A DNA stretch of 64,000 bases, from assembly GCA_964631145.1 (NCBI GenBank), contig CAZVXT010000001.1:127151-191150 (forward strand), given 5' to 3'. Shown here in pieces: positions 1 to 11,300 of this stretch (its first letter is position 1; each line of letters starts with the position of its first letter). The translations under genes were made by a program, and so were the position numbers. The DNA comes from an uncultured Candidatus Saccharibacteria bacterium (lineage in GTDB: Bacteria > Patescibacteriota > Doudnabacteria > UBA920). A model generated the notes under the pieces. It was not told the DNA's origin, did no database searches, and was given only the letters and a program-made list of their open reading frames with translations.

Positions 1-3000
1 TACGGTTTAGATATGAATGTTACTACTTCGACTGGAGGCGTGATAGATACATATACAGGTGTCAATATTTCTCAGCTTACCAAGGGTACAAATAATGTTG
101 GTATTGCAATCGCAGAAGCAACAGGGACCAAACAAACTAATCTGCTTATTGGCACCACAACTCAACCAGCAGGGTCTTACTCTATATATAACTCTTCAAC
201 AGACAACAACTACTTTGCAGGAAAACTAGGCATCGCTACCACCGCTCCAGACAAACCTCTTGAAGTTAACAGCGCAACAGGTGCTGGTATTAGAATAACC
301 TACAATGATGCAGATGGTAGTGCAACTAACTACTCTGATTTCTCCGTATCATCTGGTGGTGACTTAACCATTGCTCCAAGTGGTGGGGATACTAACATCA
401 CTGGTAACTTGATTGTATCTTCCTTAACTTCAGGTGGTACTCAGTGTTTACAAGCAAACTCTTCTGGTGTTATCTCTGGCACAGGTAGTGCGTGTGGAGC
501 CGGGGGTGGCCTCACTGTCGGAACAACCGCTATTGCTTCTGGTGGTGCCAACAGAATTCTTTATGAAAATGGATCTACTACTTTAAGTTCAAGTAGTAAC
601 TTCACTTATGATGCCACTACTCTAGCTGTTACTACAGCTTCCACTACAGCATCTAACAAAACAATCAATATATCCCAAACTGGTGCTACTTCTGGAACAG
701 ACTACGCAGGTTACTTCTCAAACACAGGGGCTGCAACAACCAACGTAGGACTTTATTCAACAGCAACTGGTGCTACCAACAACTACGCTGCGATCTTTGA
801 CCAAGGTAATGTTGGGATTGGGATTACTACACCAGGTAATAAATTATGGGTAAGTGATAATACTACTAACCCAACTGTAACCATAGAAAATACCAATGCA
901 GTTGGGTATGCAATTGCTGCATATCGTGGTACGGCACGTGAGTATACTGTTGGTACTGCAGGGGCGAGCGAAACCGGATTTGGTTTAGCGAATAAGTTTT
1001 TTGTGTTCGATGGTACAGTGAGTGCTACTCGTTTAGTTATAGATACAAATGGGCTTATGGGTATTGGTACTAATGCTCCAGGTAAACAGTTAGATATTAA
1101 CTCTGCAACTGGCAACAATCTTCGCTTGACATACAACGACACAGATGGATCTGCTGCAAACTATGCAGACTTGCTCATGTCTTCTGGCGGCGATCTAACC
1201 ATTGCTCCAAGTGGTAGTGATACAGCTATTACCGGACAATTAGATGTCTCTGGACACTTGGCTGCTGGGGCTAACTCTGCAGTGAATGATGGTTCATTGC
1301 TATTTTCAGGAAGCACTTACAATACGATGCTGTCATTGCAAGAAAGTTATACTAACTTAACAGCTACTGATTATGTTGAAGGTATCACTAATTATATGGA
1401 GTTTAACCCTACAGCTCATGCTACGACTGAAATTTATGGTATAGATAATGAGTTAGTGGTTAAAACAGGGAACAACAAGAATATTCCAAGCATGTACGGC
1501 AACTTTACATCACTTTCTCATAACGGTACTGGTGCAGTTACTACTGCTATTGGGCAGTCTATTTTGTTGAATAATAGCGCTGCAGGCGGCACAATTACTA
1601 CTGCAAGAGGTTTGCAGGTAAATGTAGTAGATAATGGTACTAATGCTATTACTAATGCTACTGGTATTAGAGTTTTGGCAACATCAGCAGTGAACAGTGT
1701 CGGTATAAACATTGATCAAACTGTAGGAACTTCCAAACAAACCAATCTTCTCATTGGCACCACAACCCAGCCTGCAGGCTCTTACTCTATATATAACTCA
1801 TCAACAGACAACAACTACTTTGCAGGAAACCTAGGTGTTGGTGATTCTTCACCAAACTCACTCTTTACCGTAGGATCTGGCGACCTCTTCCAAGTAAACT
1901 CTTCTGGTGCTATTGCCGCAGCAACTGGTATTACATCTTCTGGAACAATCAACTTCTCTGGTCTTTCTGCATCTTCCGCAGTATATACCGATGGCTCTAA
2001 GAATTTAACTACTACTACACCAAGTAGCGGTACTATTGGATATTGGTCTAGGAGTGGGACTACTTTAAGTACTGCTAATGCAAACGATGTTATTACTGTT
2101 AGCTCTTCTACTGCTAACGCTACTGCTGTATACGCAACAGTAAGTGCTACTACTGGTACTAATTATGCTGGTAATTTTCAAGCCACAGGTGCTGCCACCA
2201 ATAATGTTGCTATGTACCTAAACGCTGCTAACGCTACAAACAATTATGCCTTACAAATTGCTTCGGGTAATATTTCAGCAGGAAGTAGTAATTTAACCGT
2301 TGGTCCAATAACAGTAGGCAATGGTACTGCAACAGCAAATGTCACTGGAGTGTATTCAGGAGTAAGTTCTGCAAGTGGCTCTAACTATGCGGGTAATTTT
2401 CAAGCCAGCGGAGCTGCGACAAATAATACGGGTCTGTATGTAAGTGCTACTGGTGCTACTAATAATAAAGCAATTTGGATAGTTAGCCCTGCCGCAAGTG
2501 CTAACAACTACGCTATCTATGACCAGAGTGGTGCACAGAGTTACTTTGCCGGCAACGTCGGTATTGGTGACACTTCACCAAATTCACTGTTCACTGTAGG
2601 CAATGGAGATTTATTCCAAATAAACTCTTCAGGACAAATTGGCTCCCAGCAAGCTCCTGTGTCTGATTACCTGTTTGCTCTGAACGGCAACACTACAAAT
2701 GATAATTCTCGAATCATTGATATAGTACAAACTAATGATTCAGGTGAAGATAACTCAAGGGTAATTAATGTATCCAATACAAGTAATATTGGAACTATTA
2801 GTAATGTCACCAAATCGATATATAATATTACCACTTCTATAAGGCCAACAGCTTCAATAATATCTACATCTTCTATTGCTTGGATGCAAGTTGTTGGTAA
2901 TAGTGTTAATGTTGATTTGTCCACAACAACTTTAGGTACTGGAACTGCTGGAACTCAAACAGTGTATGGGTATAGTGATCAAGTTATGTCTACATTTAAC

Positions 3001-6000
3001 CCTGTAATAAATGACACTGATGCAGGTGGTAGTAATACTGGGTTTGGCTACGGTGTGCATAGTACTTTATCTGGATCGCCTATTTTAACCAGTGTTTCCA
3101 GTACCACTACTTTTAATACATATTCTGGTTATTTTACAAATAGTGCTACAACAACTGGGAATGCAAATCTTACATATAATTCTTATGGGGTATATGGGTC
3201 TACTACAGGTAACTTAACTACTACTGGAACAACAACTCATTACGCTGGTTATTTTTCTGCAACTGGAACCGCAGATATTAATTATGGTATTTATTCTACA
3301 GTTTCTGGTGCTACTACTAACTACGCAGCTATCTTAACTGGTGGCAACGTTGGTATCGGCACTACAGTCCCAGACAAACCTCTTGAAGTTAACAGCGCAA
3401 CAGGTGCTGGTATTAGAATAACCTACAATGATGCAGATGGTAGTGCAACTAACTACTCTGATTTCTCCGTATCATCTGGTGGTGACTTAACCATTGCTCC
3501 AAGTGGTGGGGATACTAACATCACTGGTAACTTGATTGTATCTTCCTTAACTTCAGGTGGTACTCAGTGTTTACAAGCAAACTCTTCTGGTGTTATCTCT
3601 GGCACAGGTAGTGCGTGTGGAGCCGGGGGTGGTGGGATGAGTATCGGTGGATCCATTACTTCTGCAACAGCGGGGTCTGTATTATTCGCTGGTGCGGCTG
3701 GTGTATTAGCACAAAACAATAATGATTTCTTTTGGGATAATACCAATAAGCGTCTGGGTATAAATACTACAGCAGCTCCTAGTGCAAGCTTGCATGTGGT
3801 TTCATCTGGTGCAAAAACTGTCGCGGATACTGCGTCTTTAGTATCTAACACTTCAACGTCTTCTACTGCATCAATAGATAAAATTGGACTTAGGGTTTCT
3901 TCTACTGGCAGTTGGACTGGTACGAGTGCAAACAATATTGCACTTAAAGTAGATCCTGCTACCGGGGGTACTCAAAATATGGATATATTTAGTGGTCCAA
4001 ATGCTGTATCGTTAGCATGGGCAGGTGGAGAGTCGTTCGGTAAAAATTATTTCTCCTCTTTGAATGCTAGCACTTCAAATGCTACTATGCTTGTTTTGAA
4101 TGAAAGCAATAGTACATCTTCCTTTACTCAGTATGGGGTATTTGGTAGCGCGGTTGGTTTGCATGCATCTGGTACGCGTACAAGAATTTCCGGTATGCAC
4201 TCATTTGCTTATCAAGAAGGGGATGGAAATGTTACACAGCTGCTCGGATATAGCGCCGGTTTACAGTCTGATACGAGTGGTACAGTTTCAATAATGGCTG
4301 CGTTTAAAGCAGATACTAATTATCGATCTGCGGGTACTGTTTCTTTAAACAGTGCAATATATTTAGATGACCAATCTGGTGTTGCAAATACAGCTGCCAA
4401 TAATTATCAAATTTATTCTAATACCACTAGTCCCTTTGTAGTGAGGGCTGATGGTAATGTCGGTATTGGGCTTATTGCCCCTACCGGATTATTACATGTT
4501 AGACAGACTGCTGACAGTACTAATACATCAACTCCAATTGCATTATCTGTTGATAGTATAGGTAGTGCAGGTGAGTTAACTGCAGCTTCTGGTAATCAAA
4601 TCTTTGCACAGATTGCGCCAGTGATTAACCAAAGTGCAACTGGTAGCTATCGCGCATTAGATGTTAACGTAACCGAAACTACTACTTCAAATGTTACAGG
4701 ATTAAATCGTTTGGCTGACTTGCGTGTTGGCGGTAGTTCTAAATTAGCAATTTCAAATAATGGTTCTGTTACATTACAAAACGCTTCTGGGTTATTTACT
4801 TCTAGCTTAAGCGCTGGTACTTTCCAAAACCATTTAGTGAGAAGTGATGATTTTGCAACTACATGGACAACAAGCAGTATTACTGCGTTTAGTAATGATA
4901 CTCAAATTGCTCCAGACGGAAGTACTTCTGCAGAAAGCTTGGCAACAAGTGGTAGTGGTGGTTATGTACAACAAGATACTTCAACAGCTACCTCTTCTAC
5001 TGATTACACTTTCTCTGTATGGGCTCGTTCTACAAGTGGTACCCAAAACTTTAGTATGAGAATAGATGGAACTACAGGTGGAACAGGTACAGAAGTAACT
5101 CATACTGCTACTACAAGCTGGCAAAGGTTTAGCATAACTCAAACTTTGACTGGTGGTTTTACAGGAAATGTGCGTGTTCGTATTTATCCTGGAACTTCTG
5201 CAAGCACTGGTACTATTTATGCTTGGGGTGCTCAATTAGAAAAAGCTTCAAATGTAAATGGCTATGCAAAAACAACCACAGCCGCACTAACTAACTATAA
5301 TCGTGGTTCTTCTATATATTCTAATTTAGATGCAGCGACTGGATTCTCTTATGGCAACAGAAATATTATTCAAATTCAAACAGGTAATAATATAGATGCT
5401 ACTTATGTTGGACAGTTAATTCGTGTGATTGATAATGATTGTGCTACTGATTGTGATAACACAACTAAAGGTTTAGAAGTTCAAGCTTTCAGCGGTACCA
5501 ACTTAGCAGGTATTAACATGGGTATTGATACTTATGGCTATACTTTCGGTTTGAAAGCAACTACTACAGCACAAGCTAGTAATGTAGCTCAACCTGCTGC
5601 AATCTTTGCAGATTTAGATAATGGTTCTGCAACAACAACTGGTAATGCAATTCGCGCTTACACTGATAATGCAACATCAGCAAACTTGGTAAGTATTTAT
5701 CAAGAAACTTCTGCTTATACAGGAACTTTGTTAGCTCTAAGTGCTGGTAATAATAGTGGTAGCTTTGACAGTGGTAACTTCTTAAACTTTACTAATAATG
5801 ATAATACTCCAGGTACTCGTGGTACTGTGTTTAATGTTGATTATAAAGGTTTGTTAACAGTTTCTCCTTCGGATGCAGATAATACAAAAGCAATTGTTAT
5901 CGATACTGAAGAAAGTACGGCTGGACAAAGTGTATTCGAAATAGTTTCTGATGTGACTACCAATGACTCGTTAAAACTTCATGCAGAGGCAGACGGTAGT

Positions 6001-7278
6001 TTATTTGTCAGTTTGAGTGGAACACAAACCACAGTTGCTTTGTGTCATGCAAATAATGGACAAGTAACCAATGATGAAATTGTAGATTGTAGTGGAGCTC
6101 CATCCGACGTTGCCGAATATTTTGGAACTCGTGATGCTTCTATAGAAGCTGCTGAAGTTGTAGTTGGTGCTGAAGATGCAACTCCAATGCATCTTGATGG
6201 TATGCATACATCAAAGGCTTGGGTAAATAAAACTTCTAAGCCATATGACAATCGTATTCTTGGAGTTATTTCTACTTCACCTGCAGCGGTTTATGGAGAT
6301 GAGATTTTCTCACCTGAAGAAAATCCTCGCCCTGTTGCTTTGGTTGGACGTGTTCCTGTTAAAGTAAGTTTAGAAAATGGTCCAATACAAAAAGGCGATT
6401 ACTTAACATCTTCATCTACTCCTGGATTTGCAATGAAGTCAACTCGTCCAGGTATGGTAATAGGACAAGCTCTTAGTGGATATGATGGCAATGGCGAAGC
6501 TAAGGTTATGGTGTTTGTTAACCCATTTTATTACGATCCATCAGTAATAGTTGATAACAATGGAAATGTTCAATTACAACGTGGTTCTGCTTCCACTTCA
6601 TTAGTAGCAAATACAAATGGACAATCAGCATATTTGGTAAACCAAGAAGGTAGTGGAAACATTTTGCAATTGCAGCAAAATGGTATGGATAGATTTTTGG
6701 TAAAGAATAATGGAAGTGTAAATATAAACGTTCAACCCGTTACCGATCAAGATTTGGTATTAGAGGTTAAAGCAGGTGATAAGAGTGTGTTCTCTGTGAA
6801 TGCTAAAGGTTCTCCATTAATTTCTGGTGCAATTGTAATTAAAGATGATACCTTTGCTGGATCTGTTACCACAAATGAAGAAGGTTTGGCTGAGATAACC
6901 TTTAGCTATAATTTAGGTACCGGTAAGCCTGTGGTTCAATTAACAGCGGAATCTCAAATTCCAGTATTTGTGCAAATTGTTGATTTTAAGAAAGATGAAA
7001 ATGGTAATTATACTGGCTTTGTTATGAAGTCCTTCGATTTATTAGCTGGTCCAGTAAAAGCAATTGTTCATTATAATGTAACAGGCAAGGAAGATGGTTA
7101 TATTACTAGTGGTGATCAGCTTCAAGTTGCTCCAAATTCTTCAAACAGTCCAATGTTAATAATTGATAATGGGCAAGTAGTTGGCGGTGACTTTACTCCT
7201 ATTAACCCTGATGATGTAATTGGTGTTATTGGTAATGATTCTAATCAAGAGAGTGCTAATACAGAAGTAATTCCTTAA
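1..7278 (+). CDS. Giant repetitive surface protein (>2421 aa, 5'-truncated at window edge). Contains tail-fibre-like beta repeats, a carbohydrate-binding-module-like segment and a conserved C-terminal domain.
   Basis: Uninterrupted ORF open to position 1 (no stop upstream of the ATG at 13). Repeated motifs: 'NVGIGTTxPxxKLxV', 'YFAGNVGIGDTSPNSLFTVGNGDLFQ'. Internal perfect 263-bp direct repeat. CBM4/9-like stretch '...TDYTFSVWARS...YAWGAQLE'. S/T/G/N-rich composition typical of surface adhesins. Confidence 0.85.
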   Translation, partial: YGLDMNVTTSTGGVIDTYTGVNISQLTKGTNNVGIAIAEATGTKQTNLLIGTTTQPAGSYSIYNSSTDNNYFAGKLGIATTAPDKPLEVNSATGAGIRITYNDADGSATNYSDFSVSSGGDLTIAPSGGDTNITGNLIVSSLTSGGTQCLQANSSGVISGTGSACGAGGGLTVGTTAIASGGANRILYENGSTTLSSSSNFTYDATTLAVTTASTTASNKTINISQTGATSGTDYAGYFSNTGAATTNVGLYSTATGATNNYAAIFDQGNVGIGITTPGNKLWVSDNTTNPTVTIENTNAVGYAIAAYRGTAREYTVGTAGASETGFGLANKFFVFDGTVSATRLVIDTNGLMGIGTNAPGKQLDINSATGNNLRLTYNDTDGSAANYADLLMSSGGDLTIAPSGSDTAITGQLDVSGHLAAGANSAVNDGSLLFSGSTYNTMLSLQESYTNLTATDYVEGITNYMEFNPTAHATTEIYGIDNELVVKTGNNKNIPSMYGNFTSLSHNGTGAVTTAIGQSILLNNSAAGGTITTARGLQVNVVDNGTNAITNATGIRVLATSAVNSVGINIDQTVGTSKQTNLLIGTTTQPAGSYSIYNSSTDNNYFAGNLGVGDSSPNSLFTVGSGDLFQVNSSGAIAAATGITSSGTINFSGLSASSAVYTDGSKNLTTTTPSSGTIGYWSRSGTTLSTANANDVITVSSSTANATAVYATVSATTGTNYAGNFQATGAATNNVAMYLNAANATNNYALQIASGNISAGSSNLTVGPITVGNGTATANVTGVYSGVSSASGSNYAGNFQASGAATNNTGLYVSATGATNNKAIWIVSPAASANNYAIYDQSGAQSYFAGNVGIGDTSPNSLFTVGNGDLFQINSSGQIGSQQAPVSDYLFALNGNTTNDNSRIIDIVQTNDSGEDNSRVINVSNTSNIGTISNVTKSIYNITTSIRPTASIISTSSIAWMQVVGNSVNVDLSTTTLGTGTAGTQTVYGYSDQVMSTFNPVINDTDAGGSNTGFGYGVHSTLSGSPILTSVSSTTTFNTYSGYFTNSATTTGNANLTYNSYGVYGSTTGNLTTTGTTTHYAGYFSATGTADINYGIYSTVSGATTNYAAILTGGNVGIGTTVPDKPLEVNSATGAGIRITYNDADGSATNYSDFSVSSGGDLTIAPSGGDTNITGNLIVSSLTSGGTQCLQANSSGVISGTGSACGAGGGGMSIGGSITSATAGSVLFAGAAGVLAQNNNDFFWDNTNKRLGINTTAAPSASLHVVSSGAKTVADTASLVSNTSTSSTASIDKIGLRVSSTGSWTGTSANNIALKVDPATGGTQNMDIFSGPNAVSLAWAGGESFGKNYFSSLNASTSNATMLVLNESNSTSSFTQYGVFGSAVGLHASGTRTRISGMHSFAYQEGDGNVTQLLGYSAGLQSDTSGTVSIMAAFKADTNYRSAGTVSLNSAIYLDDQSGVANTAANNYQIYSNTTSPFVVRADGNVGIGLIAPTGLLHVRQTADSTNTSTPIALSVDSIGSAGELTAASGNQIFAQIAPVINQSATGSYRALDVNVTETTTSNVTGLNRLADLRVGGSSKLAISNNGSVTLQNASGLFTSSLSAGTFQNHLVRSDDFATTWTTSSITAFSNDTQIAPDGSTSAESLATSGSGGYVQQDTSTATSSTDYTFSVWARSTSGTQNFSMRIDGTTGGTGTEVTHTATTSWQRFSITQTLTGGFTGNVRVRIYPGTSASTGTIYAWGAQLEKASNVNGYAKTTTAALTNYNRGSSIYSNLDAATGFSYGNRNIIQIQTGNNIDATYVGQLIRVIDNDCATDCDNTTKGLEVQAFSGTNLAGINMGIDTYGYTFGLKATTTAQASNVAQPAAIFADLDNGSATTTGNAIRAYTDNATSANLVSIYQETSAYTGTLLALSAGNNSGSFDSGNFLNFTNNDNTPGTRGTVFNVDYKGLLTVSPSDADNTKAIVIDTEESTAGQSVFEIVSDVTTNDSLKLHAEADGSLFVSLSGTQTTVALCHANNGQVTNDEIVDCSGAPSDVAEYFGTRDASIEAAEVVVGAEDATPMHLDGMHTSKAWVNKTSKPYDNRILGVISTSPAAVYGDEIFSPEENPRPVALVGRVPVKVSLENGPIQKGDYLTSSSTPGFAMKSTRPGMVIGQALSGYDGNGEAKVMVFVNPFYYDPSVIVDNNGNVQLQRGSASTSLVANTNGQSAYLVNQEGSGNILQLQQNGMDRFLVKNNGSVNINVQPVTDQDLVLEVKAGDKSVFSVNAKGSPLISGAIVIKDDTFAGSVTTNEEGLAEITFSYNLGTGKPVVQLTAESQIPVFVQIVDFKKDENGNYTGFVMKSFDLLAGPVKAIVHYNVTGKEDGYITSGDQLQVAPNSSNSPMLIIDNGQVVGGDFTPINPDDVIGVIGNDSNQESANTEVIP

Positions 7279-7298
7279 ATATAGACTATAATAAATAT

Positions 7299-8360
7299 AT
7301 GAAATCTTTTCAGCAAGAAAAAAATAATAAAAATTATATGAACGGCGATTATCGTAGAATAATATTATTCGTGATGATTGGTACTTTGATTGGCTCAACT
7401 CTTACGACAGCTATTTTTTACAATAGAATTTTTGGTAATAATTCTTTGAAAAATAACCCATTAGCTATTACTAATCGTTTGGATACAGGTAAGTATAAGT
7501 TTATTAATCCTTTATTGGATTCAAGTTATGCGAATGAAAGTGAAACTCTAAAGTGGTTTCCTGCAGAGAGACAGTTAAAAAGCTCAATTCAAGATATTAT
7601 AGCTTCTAACCCTGAGATTAATACTTCAGTATTCTTTTTGAATCTCAGAAACTCAGGGTGGTTTGGTGTTAATAGCGCTGATGCTTTTATCCCCGCTAGT
7701 TTATTAAAATTACCAATGTTAATTTCTTATTATAAATTAAGAGAAAAAGAAAAAGATTTATTTGATCAGAGAATTACTTATCAAGGAGAGGATTACAATA
7801 AGTATAGAAAAATTGGAGAAGGTGGTATAGTTGCTGGAAAAACATATACAGTTAAAGAATTAATGAATGAAATGATTATTAATTCTGATAACAATGCATT
7901 GCAATTACTGTATAAGTATCGTCAAAACTCTCTACAATTAATATTTGATGATTTAAAAATTTCATTACCATCAACTGATAGCGAAATAGCTGATAAAGAT
8001 TTTGTAACAAGTCGCGATATCGCCCGCTTTTTATTGGTATTATATAACGCATCATATTTAAGCCATGATGATTCTGAAGAGGCATTAAAAACATTATCCC
8101 AAACTAGTTTTAAAGATGGATTAGTTGCCGGTATCCCAAGCAACATTAATGTTAGTCATAAGTTTGGGGAAAGAGAATTATCAGAAAATGGAACTGTAAA
8201 AAATGAGTTGCATGATTGTGGTATCGTGTATAATGAAAAAATTCCTTATATAGTTTGTATTATGACAAAGGGTAAAAATATTGATGCTCAAAAAACTGTA
8301 ATTCAGCAAATTTCTAAAAGAATTTACGAAGGTGTTAGTAAGTTTTCAAATCAAGAGTAA
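7299..8360 (+). CDS. Class A beta-lactamase-like / PBP-like serine hydrolase, membrane-anchored
   Basis: N-terminal TM helix. 'SLLK' (SxxK) and 'SDN' motifs lie ~60 residues apart, as in class A enzymes. A KTG-like 'KFG' lies ~100 aa further on. Confidence 0.6.
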   Translation: MKSFQQEKNNKNYMNGDYRRIILFVMIGTLIGSTLTTAIFYNRIFGNNSLKNNPLAITNRLDTGKYKFINPLLDSSYANESETLKWFPAERQLKSSIQDIIASNPEINTSVFFLNLRNSGWFGVNSADAFIPASLLKLPMLISYYKLREKEKDLFDQRITYQGEDYNKYRKIGEGGIVAGKTYTVKELMNEMIINSDNNALQLLYKYRQNSLQLIFDDLKISLPSTDSEIADKDFVTSRDIARFLLVLYNASYLSHDDSEEALKTLSQTSFKDGLVAGIPSNINVSHKFGERELSENGTVKNELHDCGIVYNEKIPYIVCIMTKGKNIDAQKTVIQQISKRIYEGVSKFSNQE

Positions 8361-8379
8361 ATTAGATTTTAGATAGAAA

Positions 8380-11300
8380 ATGACAAAAATAAAAATAAAA
8401 TTAAATTATCAAAACTACATTAAAGCATTGTTATATGTTGGTGTTTTTATCGTTGCTTCATTATGGTTTTTGGGAAGTGCGCAAAAAACGTTTGCTGCTA
8501 CAAGAACATGGACTGGCATTACAAGCAATTTATGGTCTGTTGCAAGTAACTGGGGTGGAACAGCGCCTGTAACTGGGGATGATTTGGTATTTCCTAGCGG
8601 TGCATCTAACTTATCCAATGTTAACGACTTAACAGAAAACACAATTATTAACTCCATTACTTTTACTGGCAGTGGTTATACCATTTCTGGTAATAAATTT
8701 ATTCTTGGAGCAGGTGTTGCTGGTATTACTGATAGTGTGTCTTCTGGTGGTAATACTCTTAGTTTGGATATTCGTTTGGATTCCACTCGTGACTTTTATG
8801 TCACAAACTCCACTGAAGCTTTAACTATAAGTGGAAGAATTGACGGTGTTGGTGGTATAAACAAAGAGGGATTGGGGACATTGATATTATCTGGTTCTAA
8901 TACTTATGGTGGTACTACAAAAATTAACACAGGTGTGATTAATGCAAGAACTAATACAGCACTGGGTACAATTGCGGCTGGTACAGAAGTTGTCGGTGGT
9001 GCAGCTTTGGAACTACAAAATTCTATTAGTATTAGTTATGAAGCTTTAACCTTAAGAGGTTATGGTGTATCTGGTGGAGGGGCTCTTCGTAATGTTGGTA
9101 ATAATAACACTTTTGGTGGTTTAATAACTTTAACTTCGGCAGGTGGTACAGAAATTTCCTCAGACTCTGGAACTCTTACAATTACAGGAGGTATTACAGG
9201 CGCTTTTCCTTTAGTTTTTGATGGCGCTGGTAATATAACTTTTTCAACCACACCTATTGCCACAGCTGCCGGTATTGTTACAAAAAATGGACTCGGTACA
9301 GTAACATATAATTTCCCTAATACTTATACTGGATTGACTACAGTTAATGCTGGTACGCTTGCTTATGGCATTGATAATGCAATTTTATCAGGAGCAGTCA
9401 CTGTGACTGGTGGTACATTAAACATTGGAACTTTTTCTGATATGGTTGGAACAGTAACTTTGGGTACTTTGGATTTGGCAAACGGAACAATTACTGGCTC
9501 GACCGGTATTTTGAGCAGTGCCACTTGGACAGTTTATAATGGAACCATTAGTGCAATTATTGCTGGTGATGGAGGTGCTCTTACAAAAAGTACGTCAGGA
9601 ACTGTGACTCTTACAAGAGCTAATCAGTACACTGGAGCCACTACTATTAGTTTAGGTGTTTTAAAAATTCAAGATAGCAACGCTTTAGGATTAATTGATG
9701 GTATTACCACAGTTACTGCGGGTGCAACTTTGCAAGTCGACGGAGATGGTTTATCTATTCCTGAATATATTACTTTTTCTGGTGCGGGGCATTTGTATTA
9801 TGGAGCTATTTTAAATAGCACAGGTAATAACACTCTGACAGGACTATTGACTATGGGCGCTACAGCAATGATCAAATCTAATATTGGAACTACTCTTACT
9901 GTAGACGGTAAAGGGCTTTTGGCTTCTGGTGTTCCATTGTATATAGGAGGTGCTGGTGATATTACCTTTACTTCAACTGCTCCTATATATGGAACCACTG
10001 CATCTTTAATAAAAAATGATAGCGGTGTTTTGAGAATACAATCTTTTAGCAACTACACTGGAGCTACTACTATAAATAGAGGTACCTTAGAATTAAGTTC
10101 TGCGGGTGCTTTGCCCTCTTCTGCTATAACAGTTAACTCCGGCGGCGTATTTACTATAGATAATAGCTCTATCTCTGCACTTAATCGTATGAGTGAAACG
10201 GCTGCGTTTACCATGAACGGTGGAAGATTTAATTTTATAGGTAGTGCTACTAACAGTACTTCTGAGTCTACCGGTGCTTTAACACTTTCCTCGGGACACA
10301 ATATTATTACTATTACCCCTGGTTCGGGCGGTTCTACTACTATGACTTTTGCAAGCTTGTCTCGTACTGCAGGTGCTACTGCGTTATTCCGTGGTACAAA
10401 CTTTGGCTCTACCCCAGCAGCTAATGTTTCTACTTTAATGTTTACCACAGCCCCTACCTTAACTGGGGCATCAGGGTCTGCAGGTACAACCACTGTAAGT
10501 GTTATTAAAGGTGTTTTCGGAGATGGTTATTTAAATGGTAATGGCAGTGATATGGTCACTTACAACGTTGGAAATACTAATGGTGTAAGACTTCTTAATG
10601 GTGCTGGGAATTCTGGAGAATATGCTACTACCTTAACAACAAATGCTAACGTCAAATTAACTGCAGATGTTGTAGCTAGTACAGCGAGTATTAATTCATT
10701 AATTTTAAATGGGTTTTCTATTACTAATCCTGGTAGTGCTGCTACATTAACAATCGCTTCTGCTTCTTTATCGGGAAATGTCTTGATAAATTCAGCTACT
10801 AGTATCTCTGGGTCTAATACTACGATCGGAATTACAACGTTGGAATTAGATATATTAGCCACTGCTAATGGAACTATTTCTGCTGTTGTTGGTACTGCGG
10901 TAACTGGATCTATGACGTTAAGTGGAACAGGCAATATTACATTAAGTGCAGCTAGCGCTTATACAGGAACAACTACTATAAATAACGCAACTCTTACTTA
11001 TGGTGCAAGTAATGTTTTGTCTAGTGGTGGTGTCACAGTAAATGGTGGTACATTAGACATTGGTGCAAATAGTGACACAGTAGGTGCAGTTATTTTACAA
11101 AATGGTGTAATTACAGGAGGTGTCGGTATTTTGACCGGAACTTCATATAGCTTTAGAGAAGGTACTGTTAGTGCAATTATTGCTGGAGCCGTTACGGTAA
11201 CCGTTGTGGCAACTAATGCTGCGTCTGATGCAGTTGTCACTATGACAAGAAACAATACTTATACTGGTGCCACTGCGATTTCTAGTGGAATTTTAAAATT

